From: Patescibacteria group bacterium
GTDB lineage: Bacteria; Patescibacteriota; Patescibacteriia; UBA2591; JABMQE01
Direction of reading: 5' to 3'
DNA length: 58,830 nucleotides
NCBI GenBank assembly: GCA_018896645.1
Contig: JAHIMF010000062.1
Location: 1 to 58,830, forward strand
A program made the translations under genes and the position numbers. The notes beneath the pieces were generated by a model, which was given only the letters and a program-made list of their open reading frames with translations, had not been told where the DNA came from and did not search any database. Below, one piece after another: positions 1-8,005 of this stretch (positions within the stretch are counted from its first letter, which is position 1; every line of letters begins with the position of its first letter).

Positions 1-17
1 ACCTGGCTCGGGACAGG

Positions 18-70
18 TAAATGATAGATTACAATGTGTCTTTTATCCTTGCTGAAAACCATAAACCAGT
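18..70. repeat. 53-bp direct repeat, orphan copy of the 3' end of the MFS transporter gene (minus strand reads ...TGLWFSARIKDTL-stop)
   Basis: Identical to 2086..2138 except one mismatch (pos 32 c vs pos 2100 t). Similarity stops at 71 and 17. Confidence 0.9.
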
Positions 71-73
71 CAA

Positions 74-96
74 AACCAAAACCTAAATAAAATCAA
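74..96 (-). repeat. 23-nt inter-cassette motif AACCAAAACCTAAATAAAATCAA (copy 1 of 3)
   Basis: Near-identical copies at 683..705 and 1323..1345. The minus strand reads TTGAYTTTATTTAGGTTTTGGTT. Confidence 0.85.
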
Positions 97-115
97 ATTA
101 AAAAATATTGAAAAA

Positions 116-403
116 TTAAAATACAAACAACCTTTTTCTTAATAAATAATCTTTTTTGCTTTTTTCAATAAACAAATCAATCACTTCAATCAATCTCTTG
201 TCAGCTTTGAGAGAATATAAAATTCTCCATCGACTAACTCTTAAACGATAACCATATTCAGTACCAGAGATTTTCTTGACATTACTCTTAGAAAAAGGGT
301 CTTGAGCTAATTTTTCTACTTCTATCACTATCTGTTGTTGGATTTTTCTGTCCAGCTTGCCAAAAATTCTTTCAGCTCTGGGTTTAAAAATAACTTTATA
401 CAT
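116..403 (-). CDS. RelE/ParE-family type II toxin
   Basis: 95 aa. N-terminus MYKVIFKPRAERIFGKLDRKIQQQI and central GYRLRVSRWRILY are typical of the RelE/ParE fold. Starts 11 nt after the antitoxin gene. Confidence 0.75.
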   Translation of the reverse strand: MYKVIFKPRAERIFGKLDRKIQQQIVIEVEKLAQDPFSKSNVKKISGTEYGYRLRVSRWRILYSLKADKRLIEVIDLFIEKSKKDYLLRKRLFVF

Positions 404-413
404 TTTAACATCA

Positions 414-671
414 TTATTTAAGACAATATTTCTTTTTTAATTGAGCCAGAGAAATGCCTTTTTCTCTTTTTGATTCTCTAAAAGCGTCTAAATACCGTCC
501 CTTTTCTTCTAACTCATCCATTAAAGAAAGAAAGACATTATAAGAAGTGTAATCCAAAATTACAGCCACTGGCTCATTCTCACCATATATGACTTGAGGG
601 CTTTTAGTGTTAATAGCTTGGGTTAGAACCTGAGATAAATTTTTTTGTGATGATGTAGCAGTTAATGGCAT
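414..671 (-). CDS. Phd/YefM-family antitoxin
   Basis: 85 aa. The 'SQVLTQAINTKSPQVIYGENEPVAVILDYTSY' N-terminus is Phd/YefM-like. Lies immediately upstream of the RelE-like gene. Confidence 0.7.
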   Translation of the reverse strand: MPLTATSSQKNLSQVLTQAINTKSPQVIYGENEPVAVILDYTSYNVFLSLMDELEEKGRYLDAFRESKREKGISLAQLKKKYCLK

Positions 672-677
672 ATTTTT

Positions 678-705
678 ATTATAACCAAAACCTAAATAAA
701 GTCAA
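678..705 (-). promoter_or_regulatory. sigma70-type promoter, TTGACT-N16-TATAAT, ending 6 nt before the phd ATG (leaderless geometry)
   Basis: Minus strand has TTGACT at 705..700 and TATAAT at 683..678, with the ATG at 671. Overlaps motif copy 2 (683..705). Confidence 0.6.
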
Positions 706-769
706 ATTATATATCCTTCTTAACTATTTTTAGTTTACCTCTTTCAGTAAAAATAGTCAATGTGGATAA

Positions 770-1258
770 CTAAAAACTTATTCTTTCTGGCTTTTTAGAA
801 TAATGTTTATAATGCTCTGGATCTTTCAAGAACTCGGCTGATTTAGTAATATCCTTCTTTTGAAATCCTAAATCAGCCCCAGCCATTAATAGTTCAACAT
901 TGTTAACAAAATCAGAGCTATGAGCAATGATTTTTGGTTGTTCAATCTCTTCTATACTTCTGATTTCTTTAATCAAATTAGCTCCTTTTCTTAACTCTTC
1001 TTGATCTTTTTCTAATTCACCATCAACAAAAACTAAGTCTGGTAGTTTCTCTTTTGATTCTTTTCTTCTTTTAATCTCTTCTAAAGCAGACTGCCCTGTT
1101 TCAAAATGCTTAAAACCATAACCAATGTCTTGGGTCTTCATTTGCCAAAACCTTAAAATTCCTTCTATTGTTTCTTTATCATCATCAATAATCCAGATCT
1201 CTTTGGCAGGAGCTGGCTCTTGTTCTGAATGTTTTTCTAAATTACCTTCAGTAGACAT
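770..1258 (-). CDS. CheY-like receiver-domain protein (stand-alone)
   Basis: 162 aa. IWIIDDD acidic pocket, DLVFVDGEL putative phospho-Asp, AHSS and a later Lys match receiver layout. No output domain. Confidence 0.55.
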   Translation of the reverse strand: MSTEGNLEKHSEQEPAPAKEIWIIDDDKETIEGILRFWQMKTQDIGYGFKHFETGQSALEEIKRRKESKEKLPDLVFVDGELEKDQEELRKGANLIKEIRSIEEIEQPKIIAHSSDFVNNVELLMAGADLGFQKKDITKSAEFLKDPEHYKHYSKKPERISF

Positions 1259-1322
1259 AAGTATTGGGGAAAAGGTTGGAATAAAAATAATTCACTTATT
1301 CTCTTTCTCTATTTTTAGAGAG

Positions 1323-1345
1323 AACCAAAACCTAAATAAAATCAA
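1323..1345 (-). repeat. 23-nt inter-cassette motif (copy 3)
   Basis: AACCAAAACCTAAATAAAATCAA, between the 55-aa ORF stop (1371) and the receiver gene start (1258). Confidence 0.85.
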
Positions 1346-1370
1346 GTTAAATTTTATAATTAAAAACAAA

Positions 1371-1538
1371 TCACCGCGTCTTTACCACCCGGCTGTCTAA
1401 TTGGTATTCTCTTGCCACCTTGCTTGCTTCTTCTCTTATCATCTGAAATAATGCTTTAGGATTTCTCCCAGACTTTCGCCACATTCTATCTCTTATTTTG
1501 TCAAGTTCTTGCTCAATTGGACAAGGAAATTTAAGCAT
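1371..1538 (-). CDS. 55-aa ORF downstream of the PIN gene, possible cognate antitoxin or partner
   Basis: Hand translation gives MLKFPCPIEQELDKIRDRMWRKSGRNPKALFQMIREEASKVAREYQLDSRVVKTR, with ATG at 1538 and TGA at 1373..1371. Below the ORF-track cutoff. Starts 19 nt after the PIN stop. Confidence 0.3.
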   Translation of the reverse strand: MLKFPCPIEQELDKIRDRMWRKSGRNPKALFQMIREEASKVAREYQLDSRVVKTR

Positions 1539-1556
1539 AAGTTATGTTTTTAATTA

Positions 1557-2024
1557 TTAAATTTCTAAAAAATCATTCGGCGTTGAAATGCTAGGAATTG
1601 ACAAACCAAATTTCTCATTAAATTCTATTATTTTCTTTCGCTGTACTGCCCCAACTAAGTGCCGATAATTCCATGAAACAAGGTAGTCAATATTATTAAC
1701 CGTAGCAATTGCTAAATGGATAGCATCTTCCAATTTTGATCCGGGTATTATTTTAAAATTTATGTATTCCTGCGATAAATTTTCTATTTTACTGCTTATT
1801 CCCAATCTCTTCATTCCTCTCACCTTGCTTAAAAGTTTTTCCCTGTTTTGTAAATCTGTAATCTTATTTAGCTCCGCAACTACTAAATCTGAAATTACTA
1901 AATCATAGCATGGAATTATCTCCTTCCAAAAATGAATGGTAATCTCCTTTCGTTCGGCATCTTGCCTTTTAAAGTCAAAATAAGCTGAAATTACTGAAGT
2001 TTCTAAATATATTATCTCTTTCAT
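1557..2024 (-). CDS. PIN-domain (VapC-like) ribonuclease toxin
   Basis: 155 aa. N-terminal 'IYLETSVISAYF' and later acidic residues (DLVVAE, EDAIHLA, VSWNYRHL) follow the PIN pattern. Confidence 0.65.
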   Translation of the reverse strand: MKEIIYLETSVISAYFDFKRQDAERKEITIHFWKEIIPCYDLVISDLVVAELNKITDLQNREKLLSKVRGMKRLGISSKIENLSQEYINFKIIPGSKLEDAIHLAIATVNNIDYLVSWNYRHLVGAVQRKKIIEFNEKFGLSIPSISTPNDFLEI

Positions 2025-2030
2025 GATATA

Positions 2031-2059
2031 AGTATATTAAATTTTTACATAAAAGTCAA
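2031..2059 (-). promoter_or_regulatory. sigma70-type promoter TTGACT-N17-TATACT, 6 nt before the PIN ATG
   Basis: Minus strand has TTGACT at 2059..2054 and TATACT at 2036..2031, with the ATG at 2024. Confidence 0.6.
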
Positions 2060-2085
2060 ATTACAGATGATAAATGGGGAAATGA

Positions 2086-2138
2086 TAAATGATAGATTAT
2101 AATGTGTCTTTTATCCTTGCTGAAAACCATAAACCAGT
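2086..2138. repeat. 53-bp direct repeat, copy attached to the intact MFS gene
   Basis: Matches 18..70. Contains the real stop codon (2097..2099) of ORF 2097..3287. Confidence 0.9.
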
Positions 2139-3287
2139 TAATACTAAAACTCCAGCTAAAACAAAAATATACTGAAATCCAAAAAAATGCAAGACAAGGG
2201 TAGCGAGGAGCGGAGTGATGACATAAGCCAGCGGTCCGGTATTTCGAAAAAGATTAATGATATGAATATCCTTGACATCAACTCTTTTGAAAAAATAAGT
2301 ATCGCGCATAATTTCCACTAAACTGGCGCCAATGCGAGTGCAGACAAGAATAATAAGCCAAACCCAAAAACTCGTGGAATCGGCAAGGCCAAAAACAATA
2401 GCAGAAACGCCCATGATAAAAATACCAATTGTGAGCAGTTCTTTTTCGCCAAGATATTTATCAGCCAGCCAGCCGGCCGGATAGGTAAATAAAACAAATG
2501 TTGAAAGCATAACTGTGAACATAATGCCAACCTGGTGCCACTGGAAGCCAAGATATTTAGTGAGATAAATTGGCGCGTACACGATAAAAGCGCAATAAAA
2601 CGCATGCAAAAGAAAGGCGATTATAAAAATTCCATTTAGCAGATTATTTTTATAAATCTTTTTTATGGCCCTTAAAAAATGGGGTTTAGGAAAATGATTA
2701 ACTTTTAAATCCTTAAACTTTACGTAAAAGCCAATCATCACCAAGAATACTAAAACCGAAGCAATTAAATATAAAAATGAATAATTAAATTTTTTTAAAA
2801 TCTGGCCAGTGGCCAAAGGCGACAAAAACCAAGCAATGTGCAAACCAGTCATATAAGTTCCACGAATGCGGCCAGTGATTTCATCGCGAGAAAAATGTTC
2901 AACATAAATATCAAAGGATATCCAGACTAAATTTAGGAAAACCACATAGGCTAAAAAAGAGATAATAGCCGGGGCAATACTGTTAGATAAACCTAAGCTA
3001 ATTAAACAGACGATCATTGCCAGAAATACCGCGATACTGGCTTTAAAAATCTTCAACCAATTAATGAACTTGGTATAATTCAAAATCATTAAAAATACCA
3101 AGAAATGAGCGACGGTAAAAACAAAGCCGACATTTTTCTCGCCGACAAATTGACTTAGGTAAGATGAATGAACATACGCAGACAAAGCATTGGCAACAGC
3201 TAAAACAAAACCAAAAACAACAAAAAGTTTAAGATGGGATTTTGCTTGTTTTTGGGGTGGTTGATTTTTTGATTGGCTTTTTTGCAC
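2097..3287 (-). CDS. MFS transporter
   Basis: 396 aa with about 12 hydrophobic segments and a central loop, an MFS-like layout. Confidence 0.75.
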   Translation of the reverse strand: MQKSQSKNQPPQKQAKSHLKLFVVFGFVLAVANALSAYVHSSYLSQFVGEKNVGFVFTVAHFLVFLMILNYTKFINWLKIFKASIAVFLAMIVCLISLGLSNSIAPAIISFLAYVVFLNLVWISFDIYVEHFSRDEITGRIRGTYMTGLHIAWFLSPLATGQILKKFNYSFLYLIASVLVFLVMIGFYVKFKDLKVNHFPKPHFLRAIKKIYKNNLLNGIFIIAFLLHAFYCAFIVYAPIYLTKYLGFQWHQVGIMFTVMLSTFVLFTYPAGWLADKYLGEKELLTIGIFIMGVSAIVFGLADSTSFWVWLIILVCTRIGASLVEIMRDTYFFKRVDVKDIHIINLFRNTGPLAYVITPLLATLVLHFFGFQYIFVLAGVLVLTGLWFSARIKDTL

Positions 3288-3388
3288 GAGTTAGTAAATA
3301 GTAACTGGAAATTAGTAATTAGGGAATTGGAATATTTGAGTTTATGTTTTTAAAAGTGGAAATTTGTGTAATCGTGTGCACGAATATG

Positions 3389-3646
3389 CTACTTGCGTTT
3401 TCGCCTGAAAAACAACGTAGATATTGGAAAAGACAATATAAAACAACTTGGTGTTGTCCATAAAAGATGAAATTTAGAAATCTGTGGATTAGCTAAAAAA
3501 ATGATATTCATTACCCATAAAAGGACCACATCAATGATTAAGGTTTTATGACCTCGGCTAAAATTTTTATATCTAAACCAATTTATCGTCCATAGTAAAG
3601 TAATAATTATTGATAATATTTGTAATATTGTGCTGATTGTTTTCAT
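3389..3646 (-). CDS. small membrane protein, hypothetical
   Basis: 85 aa with three hydrophobic segments and no recognisable family. Confidence 0.4.
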   Translation of the reverse strand: MKTISTILQILSIIITLLWTINWFRYKNFSRGHKTLIIDVVLLWVMNIIFLANPQISKFHLLWTTPSCFILSFPISTLFFRRKRK

Positions 3647-3675
3647 GAAATTTCATAAAAAATAAAAATAATTCG

Positions 3676-4896
3676 TTATTCTATCACTCCCCCGCCGAGA
3701 ACTTCATTCTTAGAATAAAAAACAACTGACTGGCCAGGGGTTATTGCGCGTTGGGATTTTTTGAATTTCACAAAAATTTTGTGTTGTTTTGTGATATTTT
3801 TGGTTAAAACAGCCTCAACCGCTGGGTGCAGGTACCGAATCCTCGCTCGACACTTCAGTGGAAACTTTGGTTCAAACCCTGAAATCCAGTTGATATTCTT
3901 GGCTGTGAGCTGATCTTTAAATAAGAGTTCCTGATCAAATTTATTAGCCACATACAAAATATTCTTCTGATAATCTAATTTTACCACATAAAACGGGCCA
4001 ATGCCACCGATAAGAATTTCCCGGCGCTGGCCGATTGTGTATAATGGCAGGCCTTGATGCTCGCCGATGACTGAACCGGGTTTAATCCCCTTCTCTTTGA
4101 CACCGTCGAGGGTGATGATGGGACCGGGTTTGAGTTTGAGATGACGGCGGAGGAAATCATAATGCCGTTTATCTTTAATAAAACAAATGCCTTGAGATTC
4201 GGCCTTCTCGAACACTGGCAATTTTTTCTTTTTAGCGACTTTGCGGACTTGGGGTTTGGTGTAATCACCGATTGGAAATAAACAATGTTTGAGTTGGGCT
4301 TGGGATAAGGTCCAAAGGAAGTATGATTGGTCTTTGGCTTTATCGTTAGCCATTCGTAACTGGTAACTGGTAACTAGTAACTTAGTTTGTTTTTTTGCTT
4401 TCTTGTTTTTTTGCTTTCTTGTTTTTTTGACGTAATGACCAGTGGCAATATAATCACAGTCAAGCCTTTTAGCGCGTTTTAAAAACTCACCAAACTTGAC
4501 ATATTTGTTGCATTCAACGCAAGGATTAGGAGTGCGACCGCGAGAGTATTCGTCTAAAAAATTATCAACCACGCGTTTCTTGAAAATTGATTTCATATTC
4601 ATGGTGTAGAGTTTGATATTGAGCTTGTCGGCAACGCGCCGGGCATCTTCATAGGCCTCGATAGAGCAACATTTGTTTTCGGGTAAGATAGATTGGGTCA
4701 AGGGACCCAATCTACCCCCAAGCTGGGTGGGTCGGATCCCTTGACCCGACCCGGTTAAACTCTCTGACCAGAATTTCATAAAAATACCGATGACCTCATA
4801 ACCCTGTTCCAATAACAAAGCAGCGGCGACTGAAGAATCAACGCCGCCGGACATGGCTACAAGAACCTTTGGCTTATTTTTATTCATAATAATCAA
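3676..4896 (-). CDS. mnmA: tRNA 2-thiouridine(34) synthase MnmA, carrying two in-frame insertions
   Basis: SGGVDSS PP-loop, TPNPCVECN, ATGHY, KDQSYFL and GICFI motifs. The likely start is MNKNK at 4887. Confidence 0.92.
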   Translation of the reverse strand: MIIMNKNKPKVLVAMSGGVDSSVAAALLLEQGYEVIGIFMKFWSESLTGSGQGIRPTQLGGRLGPLTQSILPENKCCSIEAYEDARRVADKLNIKLYTMNMKSIFKKRVVDNFLDEYSRGRTPNPCVECNKYVKFGEFLKRAKRLDCDYIATGHYVKKTRKQKNKKAKKQTKLLVTSYQLRMANDKAKDQSYFLWTLSQAQLKHCLFPIGDYTKPQVRKVAKKKKLPVFEKAESQGICFIKDKRHYDFLRRHLKLKPGPIITLDGVKEKGIKPGSVIGEHQGLPLYTIGQRREILIGGIGPFYVVKLDYQKNILYVANKFDQELLFKDQLTAKNINWISGFEPKFPLKCRARIRYLHPAVEAVLTKNITKQHKIFVKFKKSQRAITPGQSVVFYSKNEVLGGGVIE

Positions 4897-5107
4897 AATC
4901 GATTTTAATTGATGAGTGATCTTCTAAAATGTAGTTACGGGCTGAAGAAAATTGATAATCTTCTGGGCGCTCGCATAAACCGGCTTTGGTTGGATTGTTG
5001 TGTATATAGTTTAATTTTTCATCAAACTTGTGCGGAGTTAAAACATTGAAATCGTAAAATTTAGGTTGCCAGATACGATATTTGAGACCACGCCGGTGTG
5101 CCCTCAC
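4880..5107 (-). pseudogene. C-terminal remnant of a REP-associated tyrosine transposase (RAYT / IS200-like Y1 family)
   Basis: 'WQPKFYDFNVL...KLNYIHNNPTKAGLCERPEDYQFSSARNY' matches the RAYT C-terminus. The N-terminal HUH/Tyr part is missing because uppP ends at 5181. A 9-bp GC hairpin (GGGTTGAGC/GCTCAACCC, about 5118..5139) lies next to it. Confidence 0.55.
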
Positions 5108-5180
5108 CTGTTGGGTGGGGTTGAGCCTCTGCTCAACCCGTTGGGGCGCGAGCTGAGGCTCTTGTCTACCCGTGATGAAT

Positions 5181-5978
5181 CTACAACAAAATCAAAATCG
5201 CTGCTCCCAACAAAATCCGATAAACCGCAAACAATTTAAATCCAAATCGTTTTATAAATGCTAATAACAATTTAATCGCTATAAAACCGCTAATAGCAGC
5301 AGCCGCAAAACCCACTAACAAGCTCTTTGCTTCTTCTATAACAATCCCTTCTCGCAATAAATTAAACAACTCATAGCCGGCGGCAGCGGCAATAATCGGA
5401 ATAGAAATCAAAAAGGAAAACTCCACAGCTGTTTTTCGATCCATCTTAGTCAGCATGCCAAAGCTCATAGTAACCCCACTGCGCGAAGTTCCGGGAATAA
5501 GAGCTAACGCCTGACTTAACGCCACTGTAATTGTTTGAAAAATTCCAACAGAATTAACATTTTTGGTTTTAAAATGAGCTCGCTTGCTGTAACTGTCTGC
5601 CAGCCATAAAACTAAACCCCAAAAGATCAAATTGGCAGCTACCACAATATTGGAACGGAAATTATTTTCAACCAAATCCTTGAATAAAAAACCAGCCAAT
5701 CCGGCTGGAATAATAGATAAAATAATCAAAGCTCCAAGGCGAGCATTAGCTTCCTGTCCCCTGCCCCTGCCAAAAACACCCTTGAATATATCTCTCAACT
5801 TTTTACGAAACGCAAACAAAACCGCGACTAATGTTCCCAGGTGAACAATTACATCAAAATCCAAACCCTGGTCACGAATACCTAAAATCTTGGGCACTAA
5901 AATCAAATGCCCAGAGCTGGAAATTGGCAAGAACTCTGTTAATCCTTGGATAATGCCGAGAATGATGGGATGGGACAT
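5181..5978 (-). CDS. uppP: undecaprenyl-diphosphate phosphatase
   Basis: 265 aa. 'GIIQGLTEFLPISSSGHL' and 'PGTSRSG' are BacA/UppP signatures. Confidence 0.92.
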   Translation of the reverse strand: MSHPIILGIIQGLTEFLPISSSGHLILVPKILGIRDQGLDFDVIVHLGTLVAVLFAFRKKLRDIFKGVFGRGRGQEANARLGALIILSIIPAGLAGFLFKDLVENNFRSNIVVAANLIFWGLVLWLADSYSKRAHFKTKNVNSVGIFQTITVALSQALALIPGTSRSGVTMSFGMLTKMDRKTAVEFSFLISIPIIAAAAGYELFNLLREGIVIEEAKSLLVGFAAAAISGFIAIKLLLAFIKRFGFKLFAVYRILLGAAILILL

Positions 5979-6077
5979 ACGTTAAAAATAAAAATTTACT
6001 ATTCATTATTTACTATTTACTATTCACCAATCAAACAACTTCCAAACTTCATTAGGTAAAAATAAAAAGAATAGTAT

Positions 6078-6128
6078 CAGCCAGAGGCTGACCCCTCCAA
6101 AGGCGGGCAGGCACCCTTTGGCTGGAAT
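6078..6128. repeat. GC-rich REP-like palindrome, family 1 (...CCAAAGGCGGGCAGGCACCCTTTGGCTGGAAT)
   Basis: Hairpin CCAAAGG/CCTTTGG ending in GGCTGGAAT. Related copies at 24429, 25450, 42988, 51837 and 55624. Confidence 0.8.
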
Positions 6129-6159
6129 AATAAATAGTAAATAATAAATCACCCAAGTC

Positions 6160-7848
6160 TCACCTATCATTCTGATCATCGTTTTTATTTTTCTTTTTCC
6201 CGTCAAAGGCCACGGTTCCCTGACTCATAGCGTCTTTTAAAGAAACTTCTTCGGGTACTTTTTTAGTTACCGGCTCGGGGCCGGCACTGGGTTGTGGCTG
6301 GGCGGAACCTGATGGTCGTCTGGGCGCTCTAGCCGGTTTAACTTCTCCGCTTCTTACCTTTTGCAAACACTCCCGGCAATAAACTGGCCGGGCTGGGTCC
6401 GGCTTAAAGGGTAAATCCGTCTTTTCACCACAATGAGAGCAAGTAGCTTCAAATTTAGGTGAGGTATCTCTACCCGCCGACCCGGTTGGACGAAATCCTA
6501 CTTTTTTTCCGGCCCCTCCGCCATCCCCTTCACCAACGCCATTTTCCCGGCCCTCGTCCATCATTCCGCTCCAGCGATTTATTTTTTCCTCAACCTCTTT
6601 TCGGGGTTCAGCATAGCGTTCACGCGAAATTTTAATTATTTTTTCACGATTTCCTTCTTGGATGTCTGCGGCCAGAGGCGGCAGGGTACCGGCAGAAAAA
6701 GGAGCCGAAGACACGCCATCAATCATCAACTTCATATAAACATCAAATTTGGCTAAATTTACCAAATCTGTTTCAGTAAATTCTGGCTCAAACTCTTTGA
6801 CTACCGCTTCGGCATCAGCTGCACCAATCCGAAAACACATAATAGTTCCCACATTACCAAATACCGCTGCTTGAACTGTCTCGTCTAATTGCTCAATATA
6901 CTGATGCGCAATAATAAGATCAAGGCGATATTTTCGGGCTTCGGATAAAATATTAGCAAATGACTCGGTGGCAAAATTTTGGAACTCGTCAACATACAAG
7001 TAAAAATCTTTGCGCTCTTCTTCTGGTATATCAACTCGGCTCATAGCCGCCAATTGAACCTTGGTAATCATAATCGCGCCTAATAATGCCGAAGAATCTT
7101 CGCCGACACGGCCTTTTGCTAAATTCATAATAAATATCTTCTTGGTATCCATTATCTCGCGCATATCTAATTTTGATTTCACCTGGCCAACAATATTTCT
7201 AATCAAAAAAGTTGATAAAAATTGGCCAACCTTATTTTGAATTGGAGCGATTGCTTCGGATTGAAACCTATCCGGGTATTTTGAATATTCATCAACCCAA
7301 AAAGATCGGACCACCGGATCAGTAACTTTACTGATTACTTTTTTCCGATATGCCTTATCAACTAACAGTCTCATAATCCCCAGCAAAGAACTGCCGGGAT
7401 ATTCTAAAAGAGCTAAAATAGCATTCCGTAAAACATATTCCAAACGCGGACCCCAAGAATCTGCCCAAATCTTTTTAAAGACTCCCACCAAACCCGAGGA
7501 AACTAAGTGGCGATGGCTAGCGTCAACTTGTTCCAAAACATTAAAGGCAACAGGAAAGTCTAAGTCCGCCGGATTAAAATAAACCACATCATTAACCCTG
7601 TTTGATGGAATGTAATCAAGAATTTTATCCGCAATATCGCCATGGGGATCAACTAGAGCCACCCCATTACCCGCCCGAATATCCTGAATAATCATATTTT
7701 CAATAACTGTTGTTTTTCCCATACCGGTTTTACCAATCAAATACATATGCCGGCGACGGTCATCTTCTTTGATACCAAATTTCACCCGTCGATTGCGGAA
7801 ATTGGTTTCGGCTAAAAGAGTTAAGTTTTGATCGTTATCTGTGGGCAT
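6160..7848 (-). CDS. VirD4/TraG-TraD-like coupling ATPase (DUF87-type P-loop) with C-terminal CxxC...CxxC zinc ribbon
   Basis: Walker A GKTGMGKTT and Walker B 'FYLYVDEFQNF'. C-terminus CSHCGEKTDLPFKPDPARPVYCRECLQ. The start is probably MPTDND at 7848 rather than 7896. Confidence 0.7.
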   Translation of the reverse strand: MPTDNDQNLTLLAETNFRNRRVKFGIKEDDRRRHMYLIGKTGMGKTTVIENMIIQDIRAGNGVALVDPHGDIADKILDYIPSNRVNDVVYFNPADLDFPVAFNVLEQVDASHRHLVSSGLVGVFKKIWADSWGPRLEYVLRNAILALLEYPGSSLLGIMRLLVDKAYRKKVISKVTDPVVRSFWVDEYSKYPDRFQSEAIAPIQNKVGQFLSTFLIRNIVGQVKSKLDMREIMDTKKIFIMNLAKGRVGEDSSALLGAIMITKVQLAAMSRVDIPEEERKDFYLYVDEFQNFATESFANILSEARKYRLDLIIAHQYIEQLDETVQAAVFGNVGTIMCFRIGAADAEAVVKEFEPEFTETDLVNLAKFDVYMKLMIDGVSSAPFSAGTLPPLAADIQEGNREKIIKISRERYAEPRKEVEEKINRWSGMMDEGRENGVGEGDGGGAGKKVGFRPTGSAGRDTSPKFEATCSHCGEKTDLPFKPDPARPVYCRECLQKVRSGEVKPARAPRRPSGSAQPQPSAGPEPVTKKVPEEVSLKDAMSQGTVAFDGKKKNKNDDQNDR

Positions 7849-7867
7849 ATAAAATATTTTTAAAAAA

Positions 7868-8005
7868 TCAACCAAGCTGTTGCAATAGTAAGGCAATCGT
7901 TGCCGCTGCCGTTACAAAAATGGAAATAACCGCCACTACTACATTAACCAGCACTAAAGTCATTGAAATATCAAATCTTTTCTTTTTGAAAAATGGAAAT
8001 TTCAT
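7868..8005 (-). CDS. 45-aa single-pass membrane mini-ORF upstream of the ATPase
   Basis: Hand translation gives MKFPFFKKKRFDISMTLVLVNVVVAVISIFVTAAATIALLLQQLG. Sits between the membrane protein gene and the ATPase gene. Confidence 0.3.
   Translation of the reverse strand: MKFPFFKKKRFDISMTLVLVNVVVAVISIFVTAAATIALLLQQLG

Noticed and set aside
71-2085. Calling the TA array a bona fide integron
   Set aside because: No intI gene is visible. The 23-nt junction motif lacks the imperfect inverted-repeat structure of attC sites, and at least two cassettes carry their own promoters. I report it only as integron-like or att-flanked pending the left flank.
6024-6206. Small ORFs in repeat spacers (6024..6206, 25343..25610, 25378..25575, 55495..55729)
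   Set aside because: They are translations of REP family 1 and word repeats (recurrent PKAGRPLA / GRPAFG peptides in both orientations), not genes.
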